Positions 1 through 9,248 of a stretch of 64,000 nucleotides of DNA are shown piece after piece. The stretch spans positions 87,648 to 151,647 of the forward strand of contig CAWGKX010000006.1 of NCBI GenBank assembly GCA_963823285.1, written 5' to 3'. How positions within the stretch are numbered: the first letter of the stretch is position 1; each line of letters starts with the position of its first letter. The stretch is from an uncultured Bacteroidales bacterium (GTDB taxonomy: Bacteria; Bacteroidota; Bacteroidia; Bacteroidales; JAGOPY01). Under the pieces are notes generated by a model. It saw only the letters and a program-made list of their open reading frames with translations, was not told the DNA's origin and did not search any database. A program made the position numbers and the translations under genes.

Positions 1-1528
1 TGTGGCATTTACTGCAGGCCACATTCTGATGCTTTCCGTCAAGCGGGAACCTGGTCTTACTATGGTCAAAAACAGGGATCTTCCAGGCATTGGCATTGTG
101 GCACCTGTTGCAATCAGTAACGCCGTTTGCATCATCAAATTGCCTCGCGTGGATATCTTTATGGCAATTGGTACAGGTTGAGGTCAGGCCGGAAAATTTT
201 TGAACGACAGGTCCTTCAGCTTCTTTGGTGAAATGGCAGGTCCGGCATGTTTGATTCAGGTGGGCTCCCGTCAGTGCGAAATCAGTTTTTCCATGGTCGA
301 AATTAATTTCATGCCATGAATTGACAGTATGGCAGGCTTTGCAATCCGAATCAGGATAGAATTTCTTATCCAGGTAACCAACATGGATATCATTATGGCA
401 ATCAATACAACGGATCCCAATCTCGCGGAAACTCCATTTTTCTGATTTTTTATGACAAACAAAACAGGGTGTTGCAAGATGGGCGCCCTGTAATGGAAAT
501 GGGCTTTCGTTATGTTTTTCAATGGAATAGGAGAACAATGTGAACCCTTTTGTATCATGGCACGCGGAACAATCAGGTGATATTCCGTCTTTAGCGAACT
601 GGTTATGATGATAATCAATATGGCAATCGGTGCAGCGTGCAAATTTTACCGGATCGGTGAGCGCTGTTTTATGGCAGGATTTACAGGTGACGGTCTGATG
701 TTTATCTTCAAGTCTATAATCAGTCTTATTATGATCGAATCCTTTCATTCCCTGGATCGTATGAAACGATTCTTCATTATGGCACTGGCGGCAATCCGGT
801 CCGAACTTGTTTTTATGAGGGTCTGCATGGCAATCTGTACAGGCAGCAAATGGAATTCCGGTGAATTTCTGAACCTGTTTGCCATCTTTAATTTCCATTT
901 TATGGCATTTGATGCAATCAGTGGTCTGGTGTTTCCCGGCTAAAGCGTATTTTGTTTTACTGTGATCAAATTTTATGACCGGCTTAAAAGCATCAAATCC
1001 ATGACATTCCGCACAATTATTTGAAAGGCTTCCTTTGTGGAAATCAACGTGACAGCTCAGGCATGACGTACTTAGCCCCAGATAAGAAGCAATTTTTTTA
1101 TCTTTTATTTTCGGATCAGTTATGAATTCCGGTTTATGACAATCGGCACATTTCTTTTTTGCATGCGCCCCTTCCAGGTTATAACCGGCTAAGTTGTGAT
1201 TGAACTTTTCTTTTTCGAAACGGATAATTTCAAAGGTTCTGCCATGGTGATCATTATGGCAGCTAAAACAATCTTTCCCGGCTACACCGGAAGAAGAATG
1301 GTATCCTTTTTTCTGGTCAATACGTTGTTTTATTTCGGTATGGCAGGCAAGGCACTTCTCATTCGATACCTTATCTCCTAAGCTATGACATTGTGTGCAG
1401 TTGGACATGCCTTCCAGGCTGGAATGCACTTCTGACAAGTCACCGGGGGAAATTTGCGCAAGTATGCCATAATTGGAAAATACGGTCAGCCAAAATATTA
1501 TCACAAATATTCCGTAGCGTACTTTCAT
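1..1528 (-). CDS. Multiheme c-type cytochrome, N-terminal 509 codons (3' end lies beyond the left window edge)
   Basis: The gene is absent from the ORF track because it has no in-window stop. The reverse frame with codons at 2-4, 5-7 and so on is open from the ATG (rc of 1526-1528) to position 2. The N-terminus MKVRYGIFVIIFWLTVFSNYGILAQ looks like a signal peptide. I counted 19 in-frame CXXCH motifs, seen on the plus strand as RTG-RCA-N6-RCA. The His codons start at 2, 98, 161, 233, 329, 395, 452, 557, 620, 671, 779, 827, 902, 1001, 1049, 1136, 1256, 1340 and 1385. A recurring block of the form FDHxKTxFxLxGxHxxxxCxxCH is present. Confidence 0.85.
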   Translation of the reverse strand, partial: MKVRYGIFVIIFWLTVFSNYGILAQISPGDLSEVHSSLEGMSNCTQCHSLGDKVSNEKCLACHTEIKQRIDQKKGYHSSSGVAGKDCFSCHNDHHGRTFEIIRFEKEKFNHNLAGYNLEGAHAKKKCADCHKPEFITDPKIKDKKIASYLGLSTSCLSCHVDFHKGSLSNNCAECHGFDAFKPVIKFDHSKTKYALAGKHQTTDCIKCHKMEIKDGKQVQKFTGIPFAACTDCHADPHKNKFGPDCRQCHNEESFHTIQGMKGFDHNKTDYRLEDKHQTVTCKSCHKTALTDPVKFARCTDCHIDYHHNQFAKDGISPDCSACHDTKGFTLFSYSIEKHNESPFPLQGAHLATPCFVCHKKSEKWSFREIGIRCIDCHNDIHVGYLDKKFYPDSDCKACHTVNSWHEINFDHGKTDFALTGAHLNQTCRTCHFTKEAEGPVVQKFSGLTSTCTNCHKDIHARQFDDANGVTDCNRCHNANAWKIPVFDHSKTRFPLDGKHQNVACSKCH

Positions 1529-1555
1529 AAACGATCAGCTTTATATGTGATAAAG

Positions 1556-2887
1556 TTAATGCTTTAATATAGCCTCGCCAAACTTTTTTGTAATCTTGAG
1601 TCCCACTTTCTCCAGGAATTGTGTTGGAAGTTCGCCGCCGGCAAAGATATACACAAGGTCATTTTTTAAATTTACTTGTGATCCTTCTTTTTCCATTGCC
1701 AGCGTGACTTCATCTCTGTCTATTGCCACCGGACTTGTGTTGAACCTCACATCTACGCGTCCTTCTGCGATGGCATCGTTTATATTCTGATTATTCTTTG
1801 GTTTTAACCGGTTGAAAACATCGTTACGATAGGAGAGGACTACATTATTCTGCCCGGCAAGCAATAGTGCCGATTCAACGGCCGAATCACCCCCGCCAAC
1901 GACCAGGATATTCTTCCCCCTGATGTCTTCGGGCTCTAAAAGGCGGTAGGCCACTTTTTCCATTGTTTCGCCGGGAATGCCAAGTTTTCGCGGTGTCCCC
2001 CTTCGCCCGATCGTCAGCAGAACGAATTTGGTTTTGTATTCCTCCCCTGATAAGGTCACTACGTTAAAGTGACCATTTTCAGGAACAACTGCATCGACTT
2101 TTGAATTTTCTTTAATGACGATCTCGTTTTTATGCAGGACATCTTTCCATAATTCCAGTAATTCCGTTTTGCTGGTTTCGAAAAGCTTAATTTTTCCGAA
2201 CAGGGGAAGATCCATGGGCGAAGTCATTACAATCTTTGACCTTGGGAAAGTGTATACCGTCCCTCCCAATGTATCCTGTTCCAGGCAAACAAACTTGAAA
2301 TTGTGCATTTTTGCCGATAGGGAAGCGGAAATGCCGGCAGGGCCTGCCCCGATAATAACAAGGTCGTAATCGGCCTGATGATCCTTTTTAAATGCCTTTG
2401 AAATATTATCAACGGCTTGTTTACCTTGTATCACCGCATTTTTAATAAGCCCCATTCCTCCTAATTCACCGGCAATAAATATTCCCGTCACGTTTGTCTC
2501 GAAGTTCTGGTTGATATGCGGAAGATCCACGCCTCTTTTCTCGGTGCCGATTACAAGCGTAATAGCCTGTGTAGGGCAGGCATGAAAACAAGCGCCATGC
2601 CCGATGCAATGTGAAGCATTTATTGTAGTCGCTTTTCCATTCCTGATCCCCAGGATATCCTTTTCAGGGCAGGCCGTGATACAGGCGCCGCTTCCGATGC
2701 AGCTGTTAACGTCTACGACGGGGTGGAGGGATACCGGCTCGAATAGCCCTTCCTGCTTTGCCTTTTCTATCTTGGCTTCAACTTTTCTTGAGGACAGCTT
2801 CTTCTTTCTTAAATAGAAAAACACGACGACAACGCATAAAATCGCTGTCGAACCATATATCAATAGGCTTTCAACAGTAGATTCCAT
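1556..2887 (-). CDS. Membrane-anchored FAD/NAD(P)-dependent pyridine nucleotide-disulfide-type oxidoreductase with an N-terminal ferredoxin-like Fe-S domain
   Basis: The ORF track gives 1556..2911. I prefer the internal ATG at 2885-2887, which abuts the upstream stop at 2889 and starts at MESTVESLLIYGSTAILCVVVVFFYLRKKK (one TM helix). There are two ferredoxin-like motifs, CIGSGACITACP and CIGHGACFHACP. Two Rossmann motifs follow, DLVIIGAGPAGISASL and ILVVGGGDSAVESAL, as in thioredoxin-reductase-like flavoproteins. Confidence 0.75.
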   Translation of the reverse strand: MESTVESLLIYGSTAILCVVVVFFYLRKKKLSSRKVEAKIEKAKQEGLFEPVSLHPVVDVNSCIGSGACITACPEKDILGIRNGKATTINASHCIGHGACFHACPTQAITLVIGTEKRGVDLPHINQNFETNVTGIFIAGELGGMGLIKNAVIQGKQAVDNISKAFKKDHQADYDLVIIGAGPAGISASLSAKMHNFKFVCLEQDTLGGTVYTFPRSKIVMTSPMDLPLFGKIKLFETSKTELLELWKDVLHKNEIVIKENSKVDAVVPENGHFNVVTLSGEEYKTKFVLLTIGRRGTPRKLGIPGETMEKVAYRLLEPEDIRGKNILVVGGGDSAVESALLLAGQNNVVLSYRNDVFNRLKPKNNQNINDAIAEGRVDVRFNTSPVAIDRDEVTLAMEKEGSQVNLKNDLVYIFAGGELPTQFLEKVGLKITKKFGEAILKH

Positions 2888-2888
2888 T

Positions 2889-3758
2889 TTAAAATATCCA
2901 TCTGAATCCAAATGCCACAGTAACGCCGATATGGATTATCATGATTACAAACATGACAATCGCAAAAGGCAAATGTGCCACATGCCAGTATTTAAACAAA
3001 TTCTGCATGGTAACCAGTCTTTCGATCTTCCTGTTAAGGGCAATTTCATCTTTAACCAGACCAACTATTTTCGAATACTGTTCTCTCGGCAGTTGATTCT
3101 TTCTCAGAGCGGTTTTGACTTTCAGGATCGTATTCCGGTCGGTCCTCCTTTTCCTGAAATACAGGATAATGGCATTATCACTGTACAGTTCAACTTTTTT
3201 CCTTGTAGAATCAACAATTACATTGTAAGTTTGTTCATCCAGGTCATTCGCAAGGTTCAGGATCTGGCTCATGTCGCTTTTCAAATCCTTGACTTCACTA
3301 AGGCTTAATTCCCTTCCTTCAATCGTTCTTGGAATCTGGATATAGATGAACCTTCCTATGACGCCGCTTAGGAAAACTGCAACCATGCTCCAGAAACTGA
3401 CAGCTACCAGGCCACCAATCTTGAATGCGGAATGAAACAGTATCAGAACCGGGCCCAGGGTGCAAAGGAAAATATGAAATTCAAGCCAGTGCTTTAATTT
3501 GCCCAGGCGCATGAGCGACCTGCGCCTTTTCCTTATCATATAAGCGAAGACGCCAACCAGCATCAAAAATGAGCCAATGATCCCCAGGCCATGGCCCACA
3601 ATGCCGCTAGGTTTTAATGAATTATGATCTGCGTGGAAGAACCTCTGTTCCAGGCTCGTCAGGTAATAGGAAAAACCCCTGTAAGTCAGGAGAATAATTG
3701 TCAGGATAACAATCAGGGCAAATACGATGACATATATTTTATTAGCTAATCTGGACAT
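2889..3758 (-). CDS. Integral membrane protein of unknown function (His-containing TM helices)
   Basis: The 289-aa ORF has several long hydrophobic helices: VIVFALIVILTIILL, GLGIIGSFLMLVGVFAYMI, FHIFLCTLGPVLILFHSAF, LVAVSFWSMVAVFLSGVIG and LPFAIVMFVIMIIHIGVTVAF. It is tightly packed with the flavoprotein gene downstream. I recognise no family. Confidence 0.5.
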   Translation of the reverse strand: MSRLANKIYVIVFALIVILTIILLTYRGFSYYLTSLEQRFFHADHNSLKPSGIVGHGLGIIGSFLMLVGVFAYMIRKRRRSLMRLGKLKHWLEFHIFLCTLGPVLILFHSAFKIGGLVAVSFWSMVAVFLSGVIGRFIYIQIPRTIEGRELSLSEVKDLKSDMSQILNLANDLDEQTYNVIVDSTRKKVELYSDNAIILYFRKRRTDRNTILKVKTALRKNQLPREQYSKIVGLVKDEIALNRKIERLVTMQNLFKYWHVAHLPFAIVMFVIMIIHIGVTVAFGFRWIF

Positions 3759-3773
3759 AAAATATATTTATCC

Positions 3774-4397
3774 CTATTGAACTTCCACCTTGGCCCTTAC
3801 CTTTTTGATGATGTTCAGGGGGGTATCGGAGATTACCATATTCACCAACCATGCCGGGATGTTCCCGCCCGGATCGACAGAACCTTCAAGAGTAAGATGG
3901 ATCATTCCATCCGCCTCAGGTGTCATGGTCCATGACTGCCAGTAATTTTTAATCCGCACTTTGCCATGTTCTTCAGGGACGACATCCAGAAGAGGTGTGG
4001 CCATGACTTTGCGTACCCCCGTCACCGAATCATTCGTAATCACTGATTGAACGCACAGGTCGCGGTCTTCAAAAGGCCACTGCACATGATAAACCAGGTA
4101 ATATTTAATGTAATGCTCTTCCTTATAATCCAGCACTTTGATCTGGCTGATGGATTCATCCCACCAATCAAAGCTCTTTATATTCCCTATGACCAATCGC
4201 AACTTATCCATGGTGGTTTTAAGATCAACCTCGCCCCTGTATGATTTTACAGGGTTATTCTCATCATTGCGGGTATATATTTTAATTCCGTCGCGCTCTT
4301 TAATAAATTTCCAGTCCTGCCCGGAGAGCGAATTACTAAAAATCAGTGTGCAAATAATGGATATAAAATAAATGAGGAAAAATTTTTGCTTTCCCAT
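3774..4397 (-). CDS. Secreted START/SRPBCC-like lipid-binding domain protein
   Basis: The 207-aa ORF has the signal peptide MGKQKFFLIYFISIICTLIFSNSLSGQ. The pattern WKFIKERDGIKIYTR...YRGEVDL...W.....KVL......I.Y.......P...RD is what I associate with START domains. Confidence 0.6.
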   Translation of the reverse strand: MGKQKFFLIYFISIICTLIFSNSLSGQDWKFIKERDGIKIYTRNDENNPVKSYRGEVDLKTTMDKLRLVIGNIKSFDWWDESISQIKVLDYKEEHYIKYYLVYHVQWPFEDRDLCVQSVITNDSVTGVRKVMATPLLDVVPEEHGKVRIKNYWQSWTMTPEADGMIHLTLEGSVDPGGNIPAWLVNMVISDTPLNIIKKVRAKVEVQ

Positions 4398-4456
4398 CCT
4401 GTGAATTTTGTCTTATAACGTTATTCTTTGATAATCTTGTATCAAACAATAAATAA

Positions 4457-4837
4457 TCAATTATGGGGCTGAATGACTATGACCCTGGATCTGCGATTGA
4501 ACAGTCCGGAGTATGTATCTGTAACTTTCAGCACAACATTGAAGTTTTTAGGCTCGCTGCTGCTGTTATTGAAAGTATGCTGCGGTTCTCTTTCCGAAGA
4601 AGACTGTCCGTCGTCGAAATTCCATTCGAATTTGTCAGCATTTTCGGAAGAGTTTGTGAACTGAACGGTCACAGGAGCCGGCCCGTCATTCCCTGACCAG
4701 CTGAAACCTGCAATCGGGGTGTTCACATAATAATCAGGCGGATTCTCCTTTTTAGAGCAGGATATAACCAATGCCCATACCGCGACAAAGTTGATGAACA
4801 GTAAAAATGATCTGATTGCAATCGTGTTCTGCATCAT
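4457..4837 (-). CDS. Small PKD-domain lipoprotein
   Basis: The 126-aa ORF has a lipobox (LVISC). The PKD-like core is VQFTNSSENADKFEWNFDDGQSSSEREPQHTFNN...FNVVLKVTD. Confidence 0.65.
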   Translation of the reverse strand: MMQNTIAIRSFLLFINFVAVWALVISCSKKENPPDYYVNTPIAGFSWSGNDGPAPVTVQFTNSSENADKFEWNFDDGQSSSEREPQHTFNNSSSEPKNFNVVLKVTDTYSGLFNRRSRVIVIQPHN

Positions 4838-5059
4838 TGTTCAGGGTCATTTAAGATTGCAAAGATACGGTTAATAAAAGGAACTTTCAAACTGTCCATT
4901 TGCAATCATCGTGAAAATCTTTGTGTTTCCTGTGAGAAAATAAAGCCATACCTTTTTTCGTTATCTTCATTGTTCAAAAAAAATCATAGGAAACTGACGA
5001 GATTGACATATGCCTTAATGTCATGAAATTTTATAGTAAATCAACTAAAACTAAAAAAT

Positions 5060-5464
5060 ATGAAAAACAGATTTTATATGATCGTGATTGGCTTGCTGGT
5101 ATTGCAGATAATGGCCTGTACAACCACGGACAACACTGACCCCGGTGATCCCGTCACAAAATTTCTTGGTACCTGGAAAGTGACTGAAACCTGCCAGCGT
5201 ATGAATTATAATGTAGACATCCAGCAGGACCCGGGGAACAGCACACAGGTGCTCATCTATAATTTCGGAAATCCGGGCGCAGGCTATGATCCGGCAGTCG
5301 GGCTGGTTGTTTCGAATACGATAAATGTCGATTCCCAGACCATCGGAACAGGCTGGACAGTCAGCGGTACCGGAACCTATCAATCCAATGGGACTATTTC
5401 ATGGGTTTATGCGCTCATTGTACCCCCGAATAATTATAGCTGTACTGCCACATTCTCTAAATAA
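5060..5464 (+). CDS. Hypothetical lipoprotein
   Basis: The 134-aa ORF begins MKNRFYMIVIGLLVLQIMAC, with the Cys following a hydrophobic stretch. I recognise no family. Confidence 0.5.
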   Translation: MKNRFYMIVIGLLVLQIMACTTTDNTDPGDPVTKFLGTWKVTETCQRMNYNVDIQQDPGNSTQVLIYNFGNPGAGYDPAVGLVVSNTINVDSQTIGTGWTVSGTGTYQSNGTISWVYALIVPPNNYSCTATFSK

Positions 5465-5468
5465 CGGG

Positions 5469-5852
5469 CTATTCGACAGGCTTTTTGGTATCCTTATCAG
5501 GATGGGCCATGCTCTCCTGCTTGCTTAAATTGATGATCACCTGCTCGTAAATCCTGTTAAGCTCTTCCGCATGAAAAGCATAGTAGCACATGCTTTCTTC
5601 GAACATTTCCCTGTTCATCGAATGTTTTTTCAGCACGGAATCAAAATACTCGTCGGAAAGATGATTTACAGGTTGTTTTTTTTCTTTTGTAGCGGTGATG
5701 ATCCCGTCAATAACATGAAGATCGGTCAGAAGGGTTACCATGGTGTCGGCAGGCAAGACCAGATTCATGTTAAAAGCAGGTTCCGGAACTGTATGGTAAC
5801 AGGAGCCCAGGGTAATTAAGAGGAGAAGCCCGCCTAAGATCTTTGCCGTCAA
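5469..5852 (-). CDS. Hypothetical lipoprotein (possibly DUF4296-like)
   Basis: The 127-aa ORF has a lipobox (LGSC). Its start overlaps the recQ stop by 4 nt, which suggests translational coupling. The family assignment is from memory of the LLTDLHxxDG-type motif only. Confidence 0.45.
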   Translation of the reverse strand: MTAKILGGLLLLITLGSCYHTVPEPAFNMNLVLPADTMVTLLTDLHVIDGIITATKEKKQPVNHLSDEYFDSVLKKHSMNREMFEESMCYYAFHAEELNRIYEQVIINLSKQESMAHPDKDTKKPVE

Positions 5853-8047
5853 TTGCCAACCTCCGACATAAATTTGATCCGCATCAACCTGATCTCTTCT
5901 TCTGTAAATTCGTCTTCACCCAACTCAGCAAGCGCATCTTCGACTGAATCCGAATCAGCTTCACGGAAATAATCATAAATTTCTTCCTGGTGGTATTCGT
6001 CCACATATTCCTCGATATAATAATTGATATCGAGTTTTGTGCCGGAAGAAACTATCCTTTCGATCTCTGTTAATAGCTCGCCAATAGTCAGGCTTTTGGC
6101 AGTAGCAATATCTTCAAGCGCAAGTTTTCGGTCTATATTATGAATAATATAAACTTTCAGGCCTGACTTGTTTATGATGGACTTGACCACCATATCGTTG
6201 GGCCTGATAATATCGTTTTCTTCGACATACTGCTCAATCAGCTTCAGGAATGGCTCACCATATTTTTGAGCTTTACCGACGCCCACCCCGGTGATCTGGT
6301 GAAGTTCATCCTGTGTGATGGGATACTGGATAGCCATATCTTCCAGCGAGGGATCCTGGAAAATAACAAACGGAGGCAGATTTTCCTTCCGGGATATCTC
6401 TTTGCGAAGGTCTTTCAGTAACGAAAAAAGCGTCTTGTCGGCCGTGCTTGTTTTATGAGCTCCCTCGAGGATATCTTCGTCCTCTTCCAGATTATCATAA
6501 TCACGATCATGCGTAAGCATAACCGGGTAAGGTTTTTTCAGGAACCTGAAGCCTTCCTTGCTGACCTTCAGGATGCCGTAGTTCTCTATATCTTTAACAA
6601 GGAGCTGGCTGATGAGCGCCTGCCTGATGACAGCATTCCAGAATCTTTCATCTTCGTCAGCACCTTTGCCGAACTCCTCCAGCAGATTATGCTTATAAGA
6701 TTTCATCGTGGTCGAATTCTTGCCAACAAGGATATTGACGATGTGCTTGGCCTTAAATTGCTGCTTTACTGCCAGGACAGATTCGATAGCCAGTTTGATG
6801 AAATCTTTTCCTTCGAATTTTGCTTTTGGGTGCAGGCAATTATCGCAGGAACCGCAATTCTCCTTCGGATACTCTTCTCCAAAATAATGCAATAAGAGTT
6901 TATGACGGCATACGGCAGATTCAGCATACGCGACGGTTTCCTGCAGAAGTTCCTTAGCTATTTCCTGCTCGGCTACCGGTTTGTCTTTCATAAACTTTTC
7001 AAGCTTGAGGATATCGTCATAGCTGTAAAAAGCAATGCAATTTCCTTCACCGTCATCCCGGCCGACACGCCCGGTTTCCTGGTAATAGCTTTCCAGGCTC
7101 TTGGGCATATCATAATGGATCACATACCTGATGTCAGGTTTATCGATTCCCATTCCAAAAGCGATCGTAGCCACGATAACATCAACATCTTCCATCAGGA
7201 ACCTGTCCTGGTTCAACTTTCTGGTATTCGATTCAAGGCCGGCATGGTAGGGGAGCGCTTTGATCCCGTTTACCACAAGGCTTTCCGCCATTTCTTCGAC
7301 CTTTTTGCGGCTCATACAGTAAACGATCCCTGATTTCCCGGAATTCGCCTTGATATATTTTATGATATCCTTAACGACTGTTTCGGTTTTGGGCCTGATC
7401 TCATAATATAAGTTGGGCCGGTCAAATGAAGATTTAAATATTGTGGAATGGGGGATTTCCAGATTTTTGATGATATCCTGCTGTACTTTTGGCGTGGCAG
7501 TGGCCGTCAGGGCAATTACCGGAACATCCTGGCCGATTGTTTCGATGATTGGCCTGATCCTCCTGTATTCAGGCCTGAAGTCATGCCCCCATTCGGATAT
7601 GCAGTGAGCTTCATCAATAGCGTAGAAAGAGATATTTATGTTTCGCAGGAATTCGACATTCTCATCTTTAGTCAGAGATTCCGGTGCGACATAAAGCAGC
7701 TTGGTGCTCCCTTCAATCAGATCCTGCCTCACTTCTTTCATTTCAGCTTTACTAAGTGAAGAATTCATGAAATGTGCCAGGTTATGTTCCGTTCCAAAGT
7801 TGCGGAGATTGTCGACCTGGTTCTTCATAAGCGCAATCAGCGGTGAAACTATTATGGCAGTCCCTTCGCACATCATTGCGGGAAGTTGATAGCATAATGA
7901 CTTGCCTCCGCCCGTAGGCATTATTACAAACGTATCCTTTTTTGAAAGAAGGTGTTTGATAATTGCCTCCTGGTTTCCCTTAAAGTTGTCGAAGCCAAAA
8001 ACATCCTTCAGCACCTCCTTCATCAATGCTGCTTCCTTTACTATCAT
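5849..8047 (-). CDS. recQ: ATP-dependent DNA helicase RecQ
   Basis: The 732-aa ORF carries the helicase motifs MPTGGGKSLCYQLPA, DEAHCISEWGHDFRPEY, ALTATAT, FGMGIDKPDIRYVIHYD and YYQETGRVGRDG. It also has a Zn-binding CRHxxLLxYFGE...CxxCDNC block and a C-terminal HRDC-like region. An alternative start exists at Met9. Confidence 0.95.
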   Translation of the reverse strand: MIVKEAALMKEVLKDVFGFDNFKGNQEAIIKHLLSKKDTFVIMPTGGGKSLCYQLPAMMCEGTAIIVSPLIALMKNQVDNLRNFGTEHNLAHFMNSSLSKAEMKEVRQDLIEGSTKLLYVAPESLTKDENVEFLRNINISFYAIDEAHCISEWGHDFRPEYRRIRPIIETIGQDVPVIALTATATPKVQQDIIKNLEIPHSTIFKSSFDRPNLYYEIRPKTETVVKDIIKYIKANSGKSGIVYCMSRKKVEEMAESLVVNGIKALPYHAGLESNTRKLNQDRFLMEDVDVIVATIAFGMGIDKPDIRYVIHYDMPKSLESYYQETGRVGRDDGEGNCIAFYSYDDILKLEKFMKDKPVAEQEIAKELLQETVAYAESAVCRHKLLLHYFGEEYPKENCGSCDNCLHPKAKFEGKDFIKLAIESVLAVKQQFKAKHIVNILVGKNSTTMKSYKHNLLEEFGKGADEDERFWNAVIRQALISQLLVKDIENYGILKVSKEGFRFLKKPYPVMLTHDRDYDNLEEDEDILEGAHKTSTADKTLFSLLKDLRKEISRKENLPPFVIFQDPSLEDMAIQYPITQDELHQITGVGVGKAQKYGEPFLKLIEQYVEENDIIRPNDMVVKSIINKSGLKVYIIHNIDRKLALEDIATAKSLTIGELLTEIERIVSSGTKLDINYYIEEYVDEYHQEEIYDYFREADSDSVEDALAELGEDEFTEEEIRLMRIKFMSEVGN

Positions 8048-8221
8048 GCTCGCGTCCTAAAATTGAATATCTTTGTTAGTAAATTGAAGATATGTATAAC
8101 TATTGAACGTAGATTATATTTTTATAAATATACTAAAATTTGAAAAATGTTGAACAAATGGCGATTTTTAATATTTTTTAACAAATCGTCTGAAATTTAA
8201 ACGGATGAAAATCTGATCGTT

Positions 8222-9187
8222 TTGAAAACCAAGGAAGAAATCAAGAAAATCGCCCTGCGTACTATCGAGGCCGAAATGGATGCGATAAAGGATTTGCAAC
8301 ATGCTGTTAATGACGATTTTGTAAGCGTTGTTGAATCAATTATGGGATGCAAAGGCAGGGTGGTTATTACCGGGATCGGCAAGAGCGCGATCATCGCAAC
8401 CAAGATTGTTTCCACCTTAAATTCCACCGGCACGCCTGCTATTTTTATGCATGCAGCCGATGCAATTCATGGTGATTTAGGGATCATCCAGGAGAATGAC
8501 CTGGTAATTTGTATTTCAAAGAGTGGTGAAACACCTGAAATTAAAGTGTTGATCCCCCTGTTAAGACAATACGGGAATAAACTGGTGGGACTGGTCGGGA
8601 ATGCTCATTCTTACCTGGCTAAAACCGCTGATTTTGTACTGGATGCCACCGTTCCCAAAGAGGCCTGTCCTTATAACCTGGCTCCAACGGCAAGTTCTAC
8701 AGCCCAGATGGTCATAGGTGATGCACTGGCCGTTTCATTACTCGAGTGCCGGGGCTTTACCGCTGGCGATTTTGCCAGGCTGCACCCGGGCGGGGCTCTC
8801 GGAAAAAAGATGTACTTGCGCGTTTCCGACCTTTATGTCAACAATGAGGTCCCAAAGGTCGAAATGAATGCCGACATCCCAAAGGTCATTATGGAGATCT
8901 CAGCTAAAAGACTGGGTGCAACAGCCGTGATGGACAACGGTAAAATGGTCGGCATCATTACGGATGGTGACCTCAGGCGAATGCTGGAGAAAAATTCCAA
9001 TGTCTCAGGCATCACGGCAAGAGAGATCATGACGGTCAATCCTAAAATTATCCAGGCTGGCAGCCTGGTGGTAGAAGCGCTAACCCTCATGCGCAACCAT
9101 AACATTACCCAACTCCCGGTTTTTGATAAAGATAAGTACGTGGGAGTCATTCACTTGCATGATATATTGAAGGAAGGAATATTGTGA
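8222..9187 (+). CDS. kpsF: KpsF/GutQ-family arabinose-5-phosphate isomerase (SIS domain plus 2 CBS domains)
   Basis: The 321-aa ORF has a SIS motif (VVITGIGKSAIIATKIVSTLNSTGTPA...GD) followed by tandem CBS domains. It uses a TTG start at 8222, because the nearest upstream ATG runs straight into a stop. Confidence 0.85.
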   Translation: MKTKEEIKKIALRTIEAEMDAIKDLQHAVNDDFVSVVESIMGCKGRVVITGIGKSAIIATKIVSTLNSTGTPAIFMHAADAIHGDLGIIQENDLVICISKSGETPEIKVLIPLLRQYGNKLVGLVGNAHSYLAKTADFVLDATVPKEACPYNLAPTASSTAQMVIGDALAVSLLECRGFTAGDFARLHPGGALGKKMYLRVSDLYVNNEVPKVEMNADIPKVIMEISAKRLGATAVMDNGKMVGIITDGDLRRMLEKNSNVSGITAREIMTVNPKIIQAGSLVVEALTLMRNHNITQLPVFDKDKYVGVIHLHDILKEGIL

Positions 9188-9248
9188 ACAACTTGTGCTG
9201 GGGTTTTTTATCTTTAACAATGACCACCAGTTTTGCCCTTTAAATTTA

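Noticed and set aside
271-1381. ORF-track entries 271..642(-), 605..943(+) and 1196..1381(+)
   Set aside because: They lie in wrong frames or on the wrong strand over the multiheme cytochrome gene. The frame carrying 19 in-frame CXXCH motifs and a signal peptide explains the region.
6455-7889. Plus-strand ORFs of 60-146 aa inside recQ (6455..6895, 6902..7333, 7413..7889)
   Set aside because: They are antisense to a strongly supported RecQ gene and have no features of their own.
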